DNA from: Octopus sinensis
Lineage: Eukaryota
Assembly: GCF_006345805.1 (NCBI RefSeq)
Contig: NC_043002.1
Span: forward strand, 41,416,001 to 41,480,000
DNA: 64,000 nt
Reading direction: 5' to 3'
In this document: in pieces, positions 62,100 to 64,000 of the stretch
How the letters are laid out: each line of letters starts with the position of its first letter
Position numbering within the stretch: position 1 is the stretch's first letter
Notes under the pieces: generated by a model
What the model was told of the DNA's origin: nothing
Seen by the model: only the letters and a program-made list of their open reading frames with translations
Databases searched by the model: none
Translations under genes and position numbers: made by a program

Positions 62100-62765
62100 G
62101 TAGGAAGGCAGACAAACCACAAATCCTTCCAGGTAGATGGCCCTGCTTGATCTGTAGAAAAGTGTAGGTAGAAACTCCATAAGATGTATCCAGTGTATGC
62201 TATGGACACAAAAGAGAAGCAGCAATATCAAAAGAAGGCTAACTGGGAAGATAGTTTTTGTATGTGGCAAATGCTCAGGTGCTATAAACACTGAAAATGT
62301 GCAGAGAACAGCTTCTGTCACATTCCAGGGAGAAAAACTAGTAGTAGTTGATAGCTTCCGTTACCTAGGTGACCAAGTCAGTAGCAGGGGTGGATGCTCT
62401 GAAAGTGTAGCTGCTAGAATAAGAATAGCCTGAGCAATGTTCAGAGAGCTCCTACCTCTGCTGGTGACAAAAGGCTTTTCGCTCAGAGTAAAAGGTAGAC
62501 TGTATGATGCATGTGTATGAACAGCCATGCTATATGGCAGTGAAACATGGGCTGTAACTGTTGAGGATATGCGTAAGCTTGCAAGGAATGAAGCCAGTAT
62601 GCCCCGCTGGATGTGTAATGTCAGTGTGCATACACGACAGAGTGTACGCACCCTGAAAGAAAAGTTTGATTTAAGATGCATGCATCAGATGTGGTGTGCA
62701 AGAGAGACAACTGTGCTGGTATGGTCATGTGTTATGAATGAATGAGGACAGCTGTGTGAAAAAGT
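62100..62765 (+). pseudogene. RTE LINE RT C-terminal fragment
   Basis: ..VVDSFRYLGDQVSS.GGCSESVAARIRIA*AMFRELLPLL...GRLYDACV*TAMLYGSETWAV; stops and frameshifts. Confidence 0.9.
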
Positions 62766-62940
62766 GCCAATGACATGTAAAAAGGACCCACCACACTCTT
62801 GGAGTGGTTGGCATTAGGAAGGGCATCCAGCTGTAGAAACCCAGCCAGTATCAGACTGGAACCTGGTGCAACTCTCCTGCTGACCAGTTCCAGTAAAACA
62901 GTCTAACCCATGCCAGCATGGAAAGTGGATGCTAAGTAAC

Positions 62941-62971
<31 letters not shown>

Positions 62972-63789
62972 ATGACGACGATGATATATGTGTGTATGTA
63001 TATATATTGAGACAGACAGACAGACAGTGTATGCTTGTGTTTGTCTCCCCATGACTTTGCAACTAGTGTTGATTTGTATACATCCCAGTAACATTGTGGT
63101 TCAACAAAAGAGACTAATAGAATAAGTAGCAGACCTTGAAAATAAGTACTGGGTGTGATCTGATTAACCAAACACTTCAAGATGGTACCCTAACATGGCC
63201 ACAGTCCAACAATTAGAAACAAGTAAAAATATAAAAGATGAAAGTATGAGCAGAAGGCAGAAGGCTACAAATTTTGGATGATGGGATTAGTCTATTACAT
63301 CAACCACCAGTTATTCACTGATCCTTATATATCAGTTCTAAAAGGATGAAAGGCAAAATCTACCTCGGCAGGATTTGAACTCAGAACGGAGCCACAGGCG
63401 AAATACTGCTAAGCATTTCATCCAGCATGCTAAAAATTCTGTCGGCTCACTTGCCTAAATACCCTGATGCTGTACCAGACAGTGGACCAGGCTTCTGATC
63501 TTAATTGATTGGAAGTGTTATCATGTTCGTTGTTTTGTCTTAGTATAAAAGATGGGCTACAGTAAATATTCTGCTCAATACTACAGATTTGTTTGTCAGT
63601 TGCTTGAACTTAATCAGTTGAGTATGTCCCTTGGTGGCTGATGATATGTGCATCTCTGATCATGAGCAGAAGTAGTGGTGGGGCATTATAACCATGTGTT
63701 AAGAGGGATTCTTTGAATAATATATTTGAATAATTCACCCATGGAAACATGAGTATTTCGTTCAACATTCTTAAACAACCCTTATTCAG

Positions 63790-64000
63790 GGAACTTTTGA
63801 GTTGGATGGGCTACTTGATCTGAAAAAAATTTTGACTGGACCCCCACCTGCAAGGTGATGCATTCTTTCCACACCCTCAGGGTTGGCACCCTCAACGTTG
63901 GCACTCTGAAAGGTAGGTCTGGTGAGATAGTCGAGATGCTTGAACGGAGATGTGTGGATATATGTTGCATGCAAGAAATAAGGTGGAGAGGAGGATCAGC
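63790..64000 (+). mobile_element. 5' end of an RTE LINE (APE endonuclease start), cut by the window edge
   Basis: ATG at 63858: MHSFHTLRVGTLNVGTLKGRSGEIVEMLERRCVDICCMQEIRWRGGS, open to the end; RTE APE motifs (T.NV.T, D...QE.RW). Confidence 0.9.

Overview
AT-rich, repeat-saturated animal DNA. The SINE, LINE and microsatellite repertoire looks like Octopus (inference from recalled repeat families; not database-checked). I could not support any host protein-coding gene: almost every ORF in the track is a translated microsatellite, and only isolated weak exon candidates exist, so the window is probably intronic or intergenic. Recognisable content: several tRNA-derived SINE families; RTE, CR1 and Jockey-like LINE fragments; Tc1/mariner copies, including one full-length Tc1 with TIRs; a Helitron 3' end; a TTAA piggyBac-type MITE; a 41-bp minisatellite; and many Penelope-like (PLE) remnants. 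Two observations stand out. (1) A 1712-bp ORF1-only, Tx1/L1-like element (47275-48986) has a perfect 19-bp target-site duplication, no RT or endonuclease, and a 3' tail shared with a SINE family; it is nested in another element that has terminal direct repeats. (2) A dispersed set of ORF-less PLE pLTR mini-elements carries hammerhead ribozymes: three with canonical cores, several degenerate, and one family with a fixed non-canonical CUGUNGAA core. These elements show repeated fold-back architecture and a tail hairpin whose sequence varies between copies while its pairing is kept. All structures were checked by eye only.
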